In this document: piece by piece, positions 26,951-37,423 of the stretch
Numbering within the stretch: position 1 is the stretch's first letter
How the letters are laid out: every line of letters starts with the position of its first letter
NCBI GenBank assembly: GCA_965195285.1
Contig: CBDAFS010000031.1
Span: 4,371-68,370, forward strand
Direction: 5' to 3'
DNA: 64,000 bases
Origin: an uncultured Aminicenantes bacterium
Lineage (GTDB): Bacteria > Acidobacteriota > Aminicenantia > UBA2199
Program-made: the position numbers and the translations under genes
Notes under the pieces: model-generated
Told to the model about the DNA's origin: nothing
What the model saw: only the letters and a program-made list of their open reading frames with translations
Databases searched by the model: none

Positions 26951-28198
26951 ATGATGAGTTTTTTCAGAAAACCAATTTATGCAACGGCTGGATATTATAC
27001 GACTTCCATGGGTCAGGGCAGGAAGGAATTCCGCCCCAAGGATAAGCGGCCGGGTCTGGAGCATTATATAAAAGAAGCGGGTGAGGGTTGCCTGGCTCAG
27101 GTTGCCAATCCCGAAGCCATCGATGAAGGAGTCATTACCAATTTTATGATGGGTCGCTATAACCACCAGGGTAACCGCCCCGGGTTTTTCCCCATGATTC
27201 ATCCGTCTTTCCGATACAAACCCGCTACCGGGGTTGAGGGCGCCTGCGATTCCGGTGGGCTGGGACTATCGGTTGCACTGAAAACCATTCTGGCTGATCT
27301 GGCTGATGCGGTAATGGTGGTGGGGGTGGAAGTTCAGACCACGGTCAAGGCGGTTTATGGCGCTGACTACCTGGCCGGAGCCGGCTATTACAAGGACCGG
27401 AAAAAGGGCCATGCCCATTTCTTTCCCGGACAGTTTTCCAACCGGGCCGGTGTCTGTTTTGAAAAATTCGATCATGAAACCGTTCGGAAGGGAATGACCA
27501 GCTGGTATGTTCAGGCCATAAAAAATGCCCGCCTGAATCCCAAGGCCCAGGAATACCATAATACCGTAAAGGATCTTTTTACCCAGGGGAATACCCCGCC
27601 TAATCCCAGGGTGTTCTGTGACAACATCAATGTATTTGATTGTTCCAAGGTGTCTGATGCCGGGACGGCTATCATTTTTGCCTCTGAACAAGGGTTGAAG
27701 AAATTGGGCGTGGAAATGAAAGATGCGGTCGAGGTGGTGGGATTCGGACAAACCGAAGACGATATTACCAATCCCCAGCCGGATATGACCCGGATGGTAA
27801 CCAGCCAGAAGGCTGCGGAACTGGCCTACCAGAGAGCCGGCCTCTCTCCCCACAACATCGGGGTACTGGACGTGCATGATTGTTTTTCTATTGCCGGGGT
27901 CCTGATGATCGAAGCCCTGGGTTTTGCCGGTTACGGAGAGGGAGCGGATTTTGTCAGCTCCGGAAAAACCGGCCGGCAGGGTAGTATACCCACCAATACC
28001 AGCGGCGGACTGATCGGTTACGGTCATCCGGTGGGAGCTTCCGGAGTGAGGCAGGCGGTTGACCTGGTTCACCAACTGACCGGAAAATCAGGGGATTACC
28101 AGGTTCCAATTGAATCTGACCGCCCCTATGGAATGATGGTCTCCATGGGTGGTAATGATATCACCGTGGTGTCCATGATATTTAAAAAGATCGGTTAG
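26951..28198 (+). CDS. Thiolase-like protein (SCP-x/archaeal-type acetyl-CoA C-acyltransferase)
   Basis: 415-aa ORF after AAGGAGG. Nucleophile region GVEGACDSGG and C-terminal GGLIGYGHPVGASG..MVSMGG are typical of the thiolase fold. Confidence 0.8.
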   Translation: MMSFFRKPIYATAGYYTTSMGQGRKEFRPKDKRPGLEHYIKEAGEGCLAQVANPEAIDEGVITNFMMGRYNHQGNRPGFFPMIHPSFRYKPATGVEGACDSGGLGLSVALKTILADLADAVMVVGVEVQTTVKAVYGADYLAGAGYYKDRKKGHAHFFPGQFSNRAGVCFEKFDHETVRKGMTSWYVQAIKNARLNPKAQEYHNTVKDLFTQGNTPPNPRVFCDNINVFDCSKVSDAGTAIIFASEQGLKKLGVEMKDAVEVVGFGQTEDDITNPQPDMTRMVTSQKAAELAYQRAGLSPHNIGVLDVHDCFSIAGVLMIEALGFAGYGEGADFVSSGKTGRQGSIPTNTSGGLIGYGHPVGASGVRQAVDLVHQLTGKSGDYQVPIESDRPYGMMVSMGGNDITVVSMIFKKIG

Positions 28199-28253
28199 TT
28201 GAGTTGTCCGGCCAGGGGAGACGGTTGGATATTCGGTATATGGAGGTGACAGA

Positions 28254-29396
28254 ATGGATTTTTCCTTCAGTGAAGAACAAGAGATGATCATTGGTGGAGC
28301 CAGGCGGTTCGCCGAGAAAGAGCTGGCGCCGGTGGTGGAAGAACTGGATCAAAAGGGTGAATCCAATGTAAAGGCACTGCGGGATCTGGGTAACCTGGGC
28401 TATATGGGCATGACGATTCCAGTTGAATACGGGGGTTCCGATGTCGGTGCCGTGGCCTATGCCGGCTCCATGCTGGAGCTCAGCAAGGAGGATGCCGGTA
28501 CCTCGGTTGCCGTTTCTGTCCACAACTCCCTGGCGAATGAATCGGTTTTAAAATTCGGAACCGAGAGTCAGAAAAAGAAATATTTACACAAACTGGCCAC
28601 AGGGGAATGGATAGGCTGTTTCTCCCTTTCCGAAGCGGATGCCGGCAGTGATCCCGGCTCCCTGAGACTTTCGGCCGAACCGGACGGCGACGGATTTGTA
28701 TTGAATGGGACCAAAAACTTTACTACCAGCGGCGGATTTGCCGAGGTGATCATTGTTTTTGCACAGACCGATAAAAAAAAGGCATCCAGGGGGATTTCAG
28801 CTTTTATCCTGAAAAATGACACTTCCGGTTTTTCCATCGGGAAACATGAAAATAAAATGGGAATTCGTTCTGCCAGCTGTACCGAACTGGTGTTCAATGA
28901 TTGTCATCTGCCGGCAGAGGCGCTGCTCGGACAAGAAAATAAAGGATTGAAGATTGCCCTGACGGTTCTGGACGGGGGGCGCATGGGAATCGCGGCCCAG
29001 GCCATCGGTATTGCCGAAGCTGCTTATGAGGAAGCCCTGCGTTATTCAAAAAACCGGATCCAGTTTAAAAAACCGATCTCGGGATTCCAGGTCATTCGCT
29101 TTATGCTGGCGGATATGGCCACCGAAATCGAGGTGGCCAGGACCATGCTCTACCGGGTGGCCTGGATGAAGGAATCGGGCCAGAAGAAATTGACCAAGGA
29201 AGCCGCCATGCTGAAACTCTACGCTTCGGAAATGGCTCACCGGGTCTGCCACCAGGCCCTTCAGATTCACGGGGGGTACGGATACATGAAAGACTACAAA
29301 GTCGAGAGGCTGTACCGGGACCAGCGGATTACCGAGATCTATGAGGGCACATCCCAGATCCAGAAATATGTGATTTCGCGGGAAATTATCGATTAG
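28254..29396 (+). CDS. Acyl-CoA dehydrogenase
   Basis: 380-aa ORF with SLSEADAGSD and QIHGGYGYMKDYKVERLYRDQRITEIYEGTSQI. Confidence 0.9.
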   Translation: MDFSFSEEQEMIIGGARRFAEKELAPVVEELDQKGESNVKALRDLGNLGYMGMTIPVEYGGSDVGAVAYAGSMLELSKEDAGTSVAVSVHNSLANESVLKFGTESQKKKYLHKLATGEWIGCFSLSEADAGSDPGSLRLSAEPDGDGFVLNGTKNFTTSGGFAEVIIVFAQTDKKKASRGISAFILKNDTSGFSIGKHENKMGIRSASCTELVFNDCHLPAEALLGQENKGLKIALTVLDGGRMGIAAQAIGIAEAAYEEALRYSKNRIQFKKPISGFQVIRFMLADMATEIEVARTMLYRVAWMKESGQKKLTKEAAMLKLYASEMAHRVCHQALQIHGGYGYMKDYKVERLYRDQRITEIYEGTSQIQKYVISREIID

Positions 29397-29505
29397 GGTC
29401 CTTCCGGTTGCCAAAAAATATTTTTTATTATATAAGTATCCCGGATATGGTGTTCAGACAAGGAAAGACCGGTATCCAAAATGACCAGGGTGACAGGAGT
29501 TTAAA

Positions 29506-31074
29506 ATGAGCGATGACAATCATCGTGATCATGAAAAAGCCCGCAAGCGGTTGACCGATCTGGAAAATCAGGCCGAATTGTCCGGTGGACAATCCCGGAT
29601 TGACAAGCAGCATCAGGCCGGGAAATATACGGCCCGGGAACGGATTGAAATGCTGCTGGATCCGGGCAGTTTTGTAGAACTGGACAAATTGAAAACCCAT
29701 CGCTGTACAGATTTCAGCATGGAGGAAAAAAAGATATACGGTGATGGGGTGGTGACCGGATACGGGCGGATTGAAGACCGGCTGGTGTATATTTTTGCCC
29801 AGGATTTTACGGTTTTTGGTGGATCCCTGAGCGGCGCTTTTGCCGAAAAGGTGTGCAAGATCATGGATCTGGCCATGAGAAGCGGGGCGCCGGTCATTGG
29901 TCTGAACGATTCGGGGGGAGCCCGGATCCAGGAGGGAGTGGTCAGCCTGGCCGGATATGCGGATATATTCCTGCGCAATACCCTGGCTTCCGGTGTTATT
30001 CCCCAGATATCAGCCGTCATGGGGCCCTGTGCCGGTGGTGCGGTATATTCCCCGGCCATCACCGATTTTATCTTGATGATTGAAAATACTTCCTATATGT
30101 TCATTACCGGCCCGGATGTCATCCGGACAGTTACCCGTGAGGAGGTCAGCAAAGAAGATCTGGGCGGGGCCATGAGCCATGCTTCCAAAAGCGGGGTGGC
30201 CCATTTGACAGCCGGGAATGAAGACCAGGGTTTTTTAATAATTCGCGAACTTTTAAGTTACCTGCCCTCGAACAATATGGAAGAGCCTCCCCGGATAAAC
30301 TGCGAGGATCCGGTTGACCGGAAAGAGGAAAAACTGAAAACCATTATACCCTCCAATCCCAATAAACCTTATGATATAAAGGATGTCATTCGACTGGTGG
30401 TGGATGATTATCATTTTTTTGAGATACATGAACACTATGCCCGGAATATTGTGGTCGGATTTGCCCGAATCAATGGCGTTTCGGTGGGGATTGTGGCCAA
30501 TCAGCCTGCTCATCTGGCCGGCTGTCTGGACATTCATTCCTCGATCAAAGGGGCCCGTTTTGTTCGTTTTTGCGATGCCTTTAACATTCCGTTGATTACC
30601 TTTGAGGATGTACCCGGTTTTTTACCCGGTATTGATCAGGAGCATGGCGGAATTATCAAACACGGAGCTAAATTATTATATGCTTTTGCCGAATCCACCG
30701 TACCCAAGGTCACCATTATTACCCGCAAGGCTTACGGCGGCGCTTTTGATGTGATGGCTTCCAAGCATATCCGGGGTGATATCAACCTGGCCTATCCCAC
30801 GGCCGAAATTGCAGTCATGGGGCCTGAAGGAGCCGTTAATATCATATTCAGAAACGAAATTGCCGAGGCCAAGGATCCGGAGAAAAAGCGGAAGGAGCTC
30901 ATCAAGTATTACCGTGATACTTTTTCCAATCCCTATAAGGCAGCGGAACTGGGATATGTTGATGCGGTCATTTTCCCGGAAGATACCCGCCGGCACATTG
31001 CCGATTCACTGGAAATGCTGAAAAACAAACGCCAGAGCAATCCGCCCAAAAAACACGGGAACATACCGTTGTAG
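29506..31074 (+). CDS. Acyl-CoA carboxylase carboxyltransferase subunit (propionyl-CoA carboxylase beta / methylmalonyl-CoA carboxyltransferase type)
   Basis: 522-aa ORF. The pattern [23 protein letters not shown]...[13 protein letters not shown]...[13 protein letters not shown] is typical of the PccB/MmdA family. Confidence 0.9.
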   Translation: MSDDNHRDHEKARKRLTDLENQAELSGGQSRIDKQHQAGKYTARERIEMLLDPGSFVELDKLKTHRCTDFSMEEKKIYGDGVVTGYGRIEDRLVYIFAQDFTVFGGSLSGAFAEKVCKIMDLAMRSGAPVIGLNDSGGARIQEGVVSLAGYADIFLRNTLASGVIPQISAVMGPCAGGAVYSPAITDFILMIENTSYMFITGPDVIRTVTREEVSKEDLGGAMSHASKSGVAHLTAGNEDQGFLIIRELLSYLPSNNMEEPPRINCEDPVDRKEEKLKTIIPSNPNKPYDIKDVIRLVVDDYHFFEIHEHYARNIVVGFARINGVSVGIVANQPAHLAGCLDIHSSIKGARFVRFCDAFNIPLITFEDVPGFLPGIDQEHGGIIKHGAKLLYAFAESTVPKVTIITRKAYGGAFDVMASKHIRGDINLAYPTAEIAVMGPEGAVNIIFRNEIAEAKDPEKKRKELIKYYRDTFSNPYKAAELGYVDAVIFPEDTRRHIADSLEMLKNKRQSNPPKKHGNIPL

Positions 31075-31084
31075 TGATAGGGGT

Positions 31085-32593
31085 ATGGCTGAAGGTCGGA
31101 AAATCAGGAAAATTTTGATTCCCAATCGAGGGGAGATTGCAGTCCGCATTCAGCGAACCTGCCGGGAGCTCAATATTCCGTCGGTTGCCGTATTTTCGGA
31201 GCCGGATCGAAACGCCCTCCATGTCCGCTATGCGGATGAAGCGTATCCCCTTTCCGGAAATATCCCCGTTGAAACCTATTTGAATCAGGATCGGATTTTT
31301 GAGATTGCCAGGGCGTGTGGTGCCGATGCCATTCATCCCGGGTATGGATTCCTGAGTGAAAATGCCGAGTTTGCCCGGCGATGCTTGGAAAATGATATCA
31401 TTTTCATCGGTCCTTCCCCTGAAGCCATTGAATTAATGGGGCTAAAAACCGAGGCCAGGCATCATATGGGCCAGGCGGGTGTACCGGTGATTCCCGGAAC
31501 CGAACCCCTGGATAACCTGGAGATCTGCCGGCAGGAAGCCGAGAGAATCGGTTATCCGGTTTTGATTAAGGCGGTAGCCGGGGGCGGGGGCAAGGGCATG
31601 CGCATGGTTGCAACTCCGGAAGCCCTGGAACGCGCCTACGGGTCTGCGGGCCGGGAGGCCAAATCCGCTTTCGGGGATCAACGGGTTTACATTGAGAAAT
31701 ACCTGAGCAAGCCGCGTCACATCGAATTTCAAATCCTGGCTGATCAGAACGGAAATGTTGTTCACCTTTATGAGCGGGAGTGTTCGGTACAGAGGCGCCA
31801 TCAGAAAATCATAGAAGAGACCCCCTCTCCGATCCTGGATGAGGAGATGCGCTCCCGGATGGGTGCCGTGGCCATTGAAGCCGCCCGAGCCTGTCAGTAT
31901 ACCAATGCCGGGACGGTTGAATTTCTGGTGGATGAGAGGCGCAACTTCTATTTTCTGGAAATGAACACCCGGCTCCAGGTGGAGCATCCCATTACCGAGA
32001 TGATCACCGGTATCGATATTGTCAAGCAGCAGATTCATATTGCCCAGGGAGGGAACATCTCTCCGGGTCCGGTTTTCCGGCATGGAGCCGCCCTGGAGTG
32101 CCGGATCTATGCCGAGGACCCGACGCGCGATTTTTTACCCTCCCCGGGATTGATCAAGGGGCTCACCGATCCGGGAGGTCCGGGTGTTCGAAATGATTCG
32201 GGGGTTTACAGCGGTTATACCATTCCCGTAGAATACGATCCCATGATATCCAAGCTGGTGACCTGGGGAACAGACCGTAACCAGGCTCTGAACCGGATGT
32301 TGCGGGCCCTGGAAGAATTTCGTCTGTTGGGAATACGAACCAATATATCCTACCTTCGGAAAATATTGCAACACCCCGGTTTTCAATCCGGGGACTACGA
32401 TACCCTGTTTATTGAAAAATTTCAGCAGGAGTTGCTCCAATCCACCGGAAAGGGAGATGAAACCATTGCCCTTTACGCTGCTGCGGTTTTAAGCCTGATC
32501 AGTGGAAAAAAAACCGGTTCGGTCTCTTGGGATGAGAATAAAAAAGTGTCGTCCTGGAAATATTCAAACAGAACCTGGAAGGTCCCCCGATGA
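31085..32593 (+). CDS. Biotin carboxylase subunit
   Basis: 502-aa ORF with ILIPNRGEIAVRI, an ATP-grasp region (GYPVLIKAVAGGGGKGMR) and EMNTRLQVEHPITE. Confidence 0.9.
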   Translation: MAEGRKIRKILIPNRGEIAVRIQRTCRELNIPSVAVFSEPDRNALHVRYADEAYPLSGNIPVETYLNQDRIFEIARACGADAIHPGYGFLSENAEFARRCLENDIIFIGPSPEAIELMGLKTEARHHMGQAGVPVIPGTEPLDNLEICRQEAERIGYPVLIKAVAGGGGKGMRMVATPEALERAYGSAGREAKSAFGDQRVYIEKYLSKPRHIEFQILADQNGNVVHLYERECSVQRRHQKIIEETPSPILDEEMRSRMGAVAIEAARACQYTNAGTVEFLVDERRNFYFLEMNTRLQVEHPITEMITGIDIVKQQIHIAQGGNISPGPVFRHGAALECRIYAEDPTRDFLPSPGLIKGLTDPGGPGVRNDSGVYSGYTIPVEYDPMISKLVTWGTDRNQALNRMLRALEEFRLLGIRTNISYLRKILQHPGFQSGDYDTLFIEKFQQELLQSTGKGDETIALYAAAVLSLISGKKTGSVSWDENKKVSSWKYSNRTWKVPR

Positions 32594-33099
32594 AGTATAC
32601 CACCGTACTGAATGAACAGGAACGGGAACTTGAAATTACCCCCCTGAAAACACATCTTTTTGAAATAAAAATTGACGGGGAATGTCATGAGATTGAGGCC
32701 TGCCACTGCGGAAACGATTTGATTTCTTTGCTCATCGATAACCGGTCTTATGATATCTCATATTCCTTTGATGGTGATATGGTTTATTTGAATTTCAGAA
32801 ACCAGTATTTTAATATTGAAGTGCTGGATGAACGGAAAATTCGCATGCGCCGGGTGCGTTCCAGCCTGGATCTTTCCGGACCGGAGATCATCAAAACCTC
32901 CATGCCCGGCCGGGTGGTCAAAATCCTGGTTGAACCCGGTGAAAAGGTGGAGGTCGGGGCCGGGATTATTATCATTGAAGCCATGAAGATGGAAAACGAG
33001 ATCCAGTGTCGTCATTCGGGAGTGGTCAAAAAGCTGAATGTCAAGCCGGGACAGACGGTTGAGAGTGAAGTGGTCCTGGTGGAGATAGAGCCCGAATAA
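32590..33099 (+). CDS. Biotin carboxyl carrier protein (biotinyl domain with N-terminal extension)
   Basis: 169-aa ORF with a 4-nt overlap with the biotin carboxylase gene. Biotinylation motif EAMKMEN. Confidence 0.85.
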   Translation: MKYTTVLNEQERELEITPLKTHLFEIKIDGECHEIEACHCGNDLISLLIDNRSYDISYSFDGDMVYLNFRNQYFNIEVLDERKIRMRRVRSSLDLSGPEIIKTSMPGRVVKILVEPGEKVEVGAGIIIIEAMKMENEIQCRHSGVVKKLNVKPGQTVESEVVLVEIEPE

Positions 33100-33117
33100 A
33101 TTATGTTACAATAAACC

Positions 33118-35067
33118 ATGAAAAAATATTTTTCCCTGGGTCGGCTGGTCATTTTGATGGCAGCCGTGGTATTTGGTTGTAGTTTCTGTCAGGAAGAGGA
33201 AATCATTGTCCCTGAGATAATTGAAATCCGCCTCGAGGATCATACCCGGGAAGCCGGGCTGGAGGTCTATAAGATGACTTTCGGGGTGGCGGTAAGCGAT
33301 ATCAACAATGACGGACATGATGACCTGGTGGTGGGCAATCATGGAGATCTGCCCTCCCTGTTTCTGCGTCAGGGCCCGCAATTCAAGGATTTTTCAGACA
33401 TCCTTCCCGAGCGGATTGAGATGGACCGGCACGGGGTCACTGTTGTTGACCTGGAGAATGACGGGGATAAAGACCTGGTTTTTGCCGGGGGCGGGGCCGA
33501 TGGCGTTGGCAACGGATGCAAGAACCGGCTCTACAAGAATTTGAAAAGCGAGACAAACAACCTGGCCTTCCAGGATATTTCCGAGGAGGTGGGCATCGCC
33601 TACCAGCCCTGGAGAACCCGGCATTTTTTGCCTCTGCCCGGTCCCGGCGGTTCTCTGGTTGACCTGTACATGGTTTGCCTGGTCCGGGAAAGTTGCCCGG
33701 ATCTATATTTTTCCAATCAGAGCGTTGGCTCCATCCGGCTCCAGGTGAATGAATCACCGGGGCTCAACCAGGGCTTCAGCTCCGAGGGAAGGGATATTTT
33801 TTTTGATTATGACCGGGACGGGGATCAGGATTTGTTGATCATTTCCAAGAGCAAACCTCAGTTTTATGAACGGGTAAACAATCAATATCAACGGAAAGAC
33901 GGGATATTCCCTTCCCTGGCCAGTGTGTTCTGTCTGGCCTGCGGAGATTTGAATAATGATGGTTATCTGGATGTCTATTTTGGCCGGGAAGCCAGGAAAA
34001 CCAAATCCGACAATTTGTCCACCAATAATAACGAGATTCATTTTGTCTTCAGAAAGCATGATGATGACCGGTTTGACCGGATCAACTTTAATATTAACGG
34101 CAATTCGATTTACATTGACTTTGTTCAGCATCTTACCACCGGTGAGACTATTGTGGATCCCTCTAATATTTTTATCGGAGCGGAAAATCAGAATCCGGAG
34201 GCCCGGAGAGCGACCATCATGGCCGAATTGGCTGTCGGCGAATCGCTGAGGGAAAAGCCCGGAATATATATCTGGAAAGATTCAGGGATCAACCTGTGGC
34301 ACCTGGAGTGGGTGTATGATGAAGAGGAGAGAACAGACAAGGGCCGTTTATTGGCCGAATCCATCAACAACCTGACAGAGGAAAACCTGGAAATCATTCC
34401 GGTCGACGACATCAATGACCTGATTTTCATCAATCAGAGTGGTATGACTTTTGTGGAATTGGTGCTTCCGGAATTGATCCACCAGAAGGTGACCCGGACC
34501 GTGACCATGTGTGATTTGAATAATGACGGCTGGCTGGATATTGTCGGGCTTCGCGGCGGGGAAGATGGCCAGTACAATGGGGATCCCTTCCTGTTTACCA
34601 ATCAGGGGGATCTGAGTTTCGAATTCAACCGGATCATGCAGAATGACCAGGATGACATTTTTCAGGCCGATCAGCTGGTCTGGGGATTCTTCAATAATGA
34701 CGGGTTGCCGGATATCTTTTTTACCAACGGTTTCGGCTTGAATCCGGGTCAGCTGGGGCCCTATAAGATGTACCTGAACCAAACCCAGAATCCCGGCAAT
34801 TTTGTGATCATTGAGCTGGAAGGCCTGACCTGCAACCGGGATGCCATTGGCGCCCAGGTTGAATTAAATACAGCTTCCGGTGAATTCCTGGGTTATCGCC
34901 AGCTGGGAGCCGGTTTTAACCGTTCTCAGAGCACCCATAAACTTCATTTCGGTTTGGGAGAAACAAATGAAGAACTTTGGGCCCGGATCCGCTGGCCCGG
35001 AACCTCCATCTGGGACGAGAGAGAGGTCCGGATCAATCAAATCAACCGGATCGTACAGCAGATGTGA
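33118..35067 (+). CDS. FG-GAP/VCBS-repeat protein with C-terminal ASPIC/UnbV domain (CRTAC1 family), lipoprotein-like signal
   Basis: 649-aa ORF with signal plus lipobox-like VVFGCS. Repeated DxNxDGxxD units (DINNDGHDDLV, DLENDGDKDLV, DLNNDGYLDV, DLNNDGWLDIV). C-terminal NRDAIGAQVEL...HFGLG...IRWPG. Confidence 0.85.
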   Translation: MKKYFSLGRLVILMAAVVFGCSFCQEEEIIVPEIIEIRLEDHTREAGLEVYKMTFGVAVSDINNDGHDDLVVGNHGDLPSLFLRQGPQFKDFSDILPERIEMDRHGVTVVDLENDGDKDLVFAGGGADGVGNGCKNRLYKNLKSETNNLAFQDISEEVGIAYQPWRTRHFLPLPGPGGSLVDLYMVCLVRESCPDLYFSNQSVGSIRLQVNESPGLNQGFSSEGRDIFFDYDRDGDQDLLIISKSKPQFYERVNNQYQRKDGIFPSLASVFCLACGDLNNDGYLDVYFGREARKTKSDNLSTNNNEIHFVFRKHDDDRFDRINFNINGNSIYIDFVQHLTTGETIVDPSNIFIGAENQNPEARRATIMAELAVGESLREKPGIYIWKDSGINLWHLEWVYDEEERTDKGRLLAESINNLTEENLEIIPVDDINDLIFINQSGMTFVELVLPELIHQKVTRTVTMCDLNNDGWLDIVGLRGGEDGQYNGDPFLFTNQGDLSFEFNRIMQNDQDDIFQADQLVWGFFNNDGLPDIFFTNGFGLNPGQLGPYKMYLNQTQNPGNFVIIELEGLTCNRDAIGAQVELNTASGEFLGYRQLGAGFNRSQSTHKLHFGLGETNEELWARIRWPGTSIWDEREVRINQINRIVQQM

Positions 35068-35126
35068 AAAGAACCGGGTTTCCTTTATCACTTCAAAAAA
35101 GAAAATAAAAAAAATTCAAATAAAAG

Positions 35127-35161
35127 TTGACAAATGAGATTAATTATCGTATATTTACGAT
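35127..35161 (+). promoter_or_regulatory. arsR promoter (TTGACA-N17-TATATT) overlapped by a 16-nt imperfect palindrome, candidate ArsR operator
   Basis: TTGACA at 35127-35132 and TATATT at 35150-35155. The palindrome ATCGTATATTTACGAT (35146-35161) covers the -10. Confidence 0.5.
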
Positions 35162-35178
35162 GAACGATAAGAGAGGTT

Positions 35179-35499
35179 GTGATGGTGAAATCAAAAACCA
35201 AAAGAATCAATCCGGAATATCTGTTACTGGCTGATTATTCCAAGGCCTTATCCCATCCGGTCAGGGTTGAAATTCTGAAAATCCTTATGGAAAAAAAAAC
35301 CTGTATCTGTGGTGATATTGTTGAATTGCTGCCCCTGGCCCAGTCCACGGTCTCCCAACACCTGAAGGAGCTGAAACGGGTGGGTCTGATCAAAGGAGAG
35401 ATAGAGGGGCCCAGAACCTGTTATTGTTTAGATATTAGCAGGTTGAAAAAAGCAAAGAGGGTTTTTTCAGAATTATTTTCAAAAATTTGTCAATGTTGA
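35179..35499 (+). CDS. arsR: ArsR/SmtB-family metalloregulator
   Basis: 106-aa ORF (GTG 35179 or ATG 35182). wHTH region and ELCVCDL-like metal site ([12 protein letters not shown]), then [16 protein letters not shown]. Confidence 0.85.
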   Translation: MMVKSKTKRINPEYLLLADYSKALSHPVRVEILKILMEKKTCICGDIVELLPLAQSTVSQHLKELKRVGLIKGEIEGPRTCYCLDISRLKKAKRVFSELFSKICQC

Positions 35500-35517
35500 A
35501 TTTAGGGAGAATATAAG

Positions 35518-36351
35518 ATGCAGGATGCAAAAGAAATCAAGGAAATTGTGAAGAAGAAGTACGGGGAAATTGCCAGAAAAACCAGGGGGGAAAATTGTTG
35601 CGGGTCTTCCGGTTGTTGTTCCTCAAAAGAACCGGATTATACAGCCATTGGTGAAAAATATGAGGACATAAACGGATATGTGGCTGAAGCGGATCTGGGT
35701 CTGGGCTGCGGTCTGCCCACCGAATATGCGGACATCAAACCCGGTGATACGGTGGTTGATCTGGGGTCGGGTGCCGGAAACGATGTGTTTGTGGCCCGCT
35801 CAATAGTTGGAGAAACCGGAAGGGTTATCGGGATTGATATGACCCCGGAGATGATCGAACAGGCCAATATCAACAATCAAAAAATGGGATTTGAAAATGT
35901 TGAGTTTCATCACAGTGAGATCGAAGACCTCCCCCTTGAGCAGAATTCGGTTGATGTGGTGGTCAGTAATTGTGTACTAAATCTTGTCCCTGATAAGAAT
36001 AAGGCATTTTCGGAAATCCATCGCATCCTGAAACCCGGTGGTCATTTTTGCATTTCTGATATTGTTTTGAAAGGAAAGCTCCCTGAAGAATTGAAGAGAT
36101 CTGTCGAGGTGTATGTGGGATGTGTGGCCGGTGCAATGCAAATGGATGAATATCTGGATGTGATTAAAGAAGCCGGATTTTCCGGGATTGAGATCAAAGC
36201 CTCCAAATCCATTTGCCTGACCGATGAAATGTTTAAGGATTTTATCACTGAAAAGGAAATAGAGCTTTATAAAAACAGTCGGGTCGACATTTTTAGTATC
36301 ACGGTTGTGGGCCATAAATCCAATATTAAGTTAAGGGGGGACGGTGCTTGA
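35518..36351 (+). CDS. arsM: Arsenite S-adenosylmethionine methyltransferase-like
   Basis: 277-aa ORF with an N-terminal Cys cluster (CCGSSGCCSS), SAM motif VVDLGSGAGNDVF, SNCVLNLVPDK, and a later Cys in VGCVAGA. Adjacent to arsR. Confidence 0.8.
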   Translation: MQDAKEIKEIVKKKYGEIARKTRGENCCGSSGCCSSKEPDYTAIGEKYEDINGYVAEADLGLGCGLPTEYADIKPGDTVVDLGSGAGNDVFVARSIVGETGRVIGIDMTPEMIEQANINNQKMGFENVEFHHSEIEDLPLEQNSVDVVVSNCVLNLVPDKNKAFSEIHRILKPGGHFCISDIVLKGKLPEELKRSVEVYVGCVAGAMQMDEYLDVIKEAGFSGIEIKASKSICLTDEMFKDFITEKEIELYKNSRVDIFSITVVGHKSNIKLRGDGA

Positions 36352-36387
36352 ATTTTTGAGTTTATTCATCTGCCTCTTTTTCCTTAA

Positions 36388-37423
36388 GGGGTCAAATCTG
36401 TGTTTGACGTTTCAGACACAAGCTTTTAAGTTCTTCAACCTTCTGTCTGAAGACAGTATCCTTCTCCATCCCTTTTTTTATACCTCTGAGGACGGTACTG
36501 ACCGAACTGTGGGCATTTAAAAAATAATCTTTTCCCAATTGCTCCAAGGTGTTATTCCGCAAAGATCTCGATAAATAAATTGCCACATCCCTCGGTTCAT
36601 TAAAGGATCTTCTCTTGTCAATGCAAAGGCTTTTCCTGGGGATGTTATAATGTTTACAAACTACATCCATTATATGATCAAGATCTGGAGATAAAATTGA
36701 GGATTCAGGAATCTCCTTATCCCTTTTCTCCTGATAATATTTCTCTTTCATGGAAAGGACAAATTCGTCAGAACCAAAAAATGATGGCCATCTTTTACCT
36801 TCAAGGAGTTTTATAATCTCTTTTTTGTCCTCCTGGCCCATAAATTTTTTATAAGTAACCAGCTGGTTCTTTTTATTATTTGAAAAAATTGATAACATAA
36901 AATCCTTATACAACCAATTCCAATCCTTGGATTTTGAGATATACCCTAGGTGACTACTCCACTCAAAATCATCAATATGTTTGACCAGTTTTGCCCGAAG
37001 GGGATTTCTGTGGATATACCGCAACAGCTGCATTAGATAGCTATCTCCCTCAACCAGGATCGATTTATAACGACCCTTGAATAACTGTCCTTCACAACTA
37101 TTAATTTTATTAAACCTCTGGGTATACACGCCATTGACATGCCGCATAAATCGACTCAGGTTTCCTTTTGGTGTATTGATCAGTAAATGGTAATGATTGG
37201 ACATTAAACAAAAGGCTGCAATATTGACTGTCCATAAATCTGAGGCTTCGAGTAATAATTCAACAAAGATATGGTAGTCCTTTTTTTTAAAAAAGATCTC
37301 TTCAGATCTTCTCCCCCTGTTCATGACATGATACCAGGCTCTAGCGTATTCAATTCTTAATGGTCGACTCATGAAAAAACTGTATCAAACTCTACCTGAA
37401 AAGTCAATCACAGATTTGACCCC
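36388..37423. mobile_element. Compact (~1.04 kb) Y1-transposase element bounded by 21-bp terminal inverted repeats that are each internally palindromic
   Basis: Left end is GGGGTCAAATCTGTGTTTGAC (36388-36408). The reverse complement of the right end (37403-37423) is GGGGTCAAATCTGTGATTGAC, so 20/21 are identical. Each end contains GTCAA(A)-N6/7-TTTGAC, a potential hairpin. The single ORF inside is an IS200/RAYT-like Y1 transposase. Confidence 0.6.
36392..37372 (-). CDS. IS200/RAYT-like Y1 (HUH) transposase fused to a C-terminal DnaA-C-like helix-turn-helix
   Basis: 326-aa ORF with the HUH motif in MSNHYHLLI, a catalytic-Tyr region LLRYIHRNPLRAKLV, and a C-terminal RDVAIYLSRSL..NTLEQLGKDY....HSSVSTVLRGI resembling DnaA domain IV. 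Confidence 0.8.
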   Translation of the reverse strand: MSRPLRIEYARAWYHVMNRGRRSEEIFFKKKDYHIFVELLLEASDLWTVNIAAFCLMSNHYHLLINTPKGNLSRFMRHVNGVYTQRFNKINSCEGQLFKGRYKSILVEGDSYLMQLLRYIHRNPLRAKLVKHIDDFEWSSHLGYISKSKDWNWLYKDFMLSIFSNNKKNQLVTYKKFMGQEDKKEIIKLLEGKRWPSFFGSDEFVLSMKEKYYQEKRDKEIPESSILSPDLDHIMDVVCKHYNIPRKSLCIDKRRSFNEPRDVAIYLSRSLRNNTLEQLGKDYFLNAHSSVSTVLRGIKKGMEKDTVFRQKVEELKSLCLKRQTQI

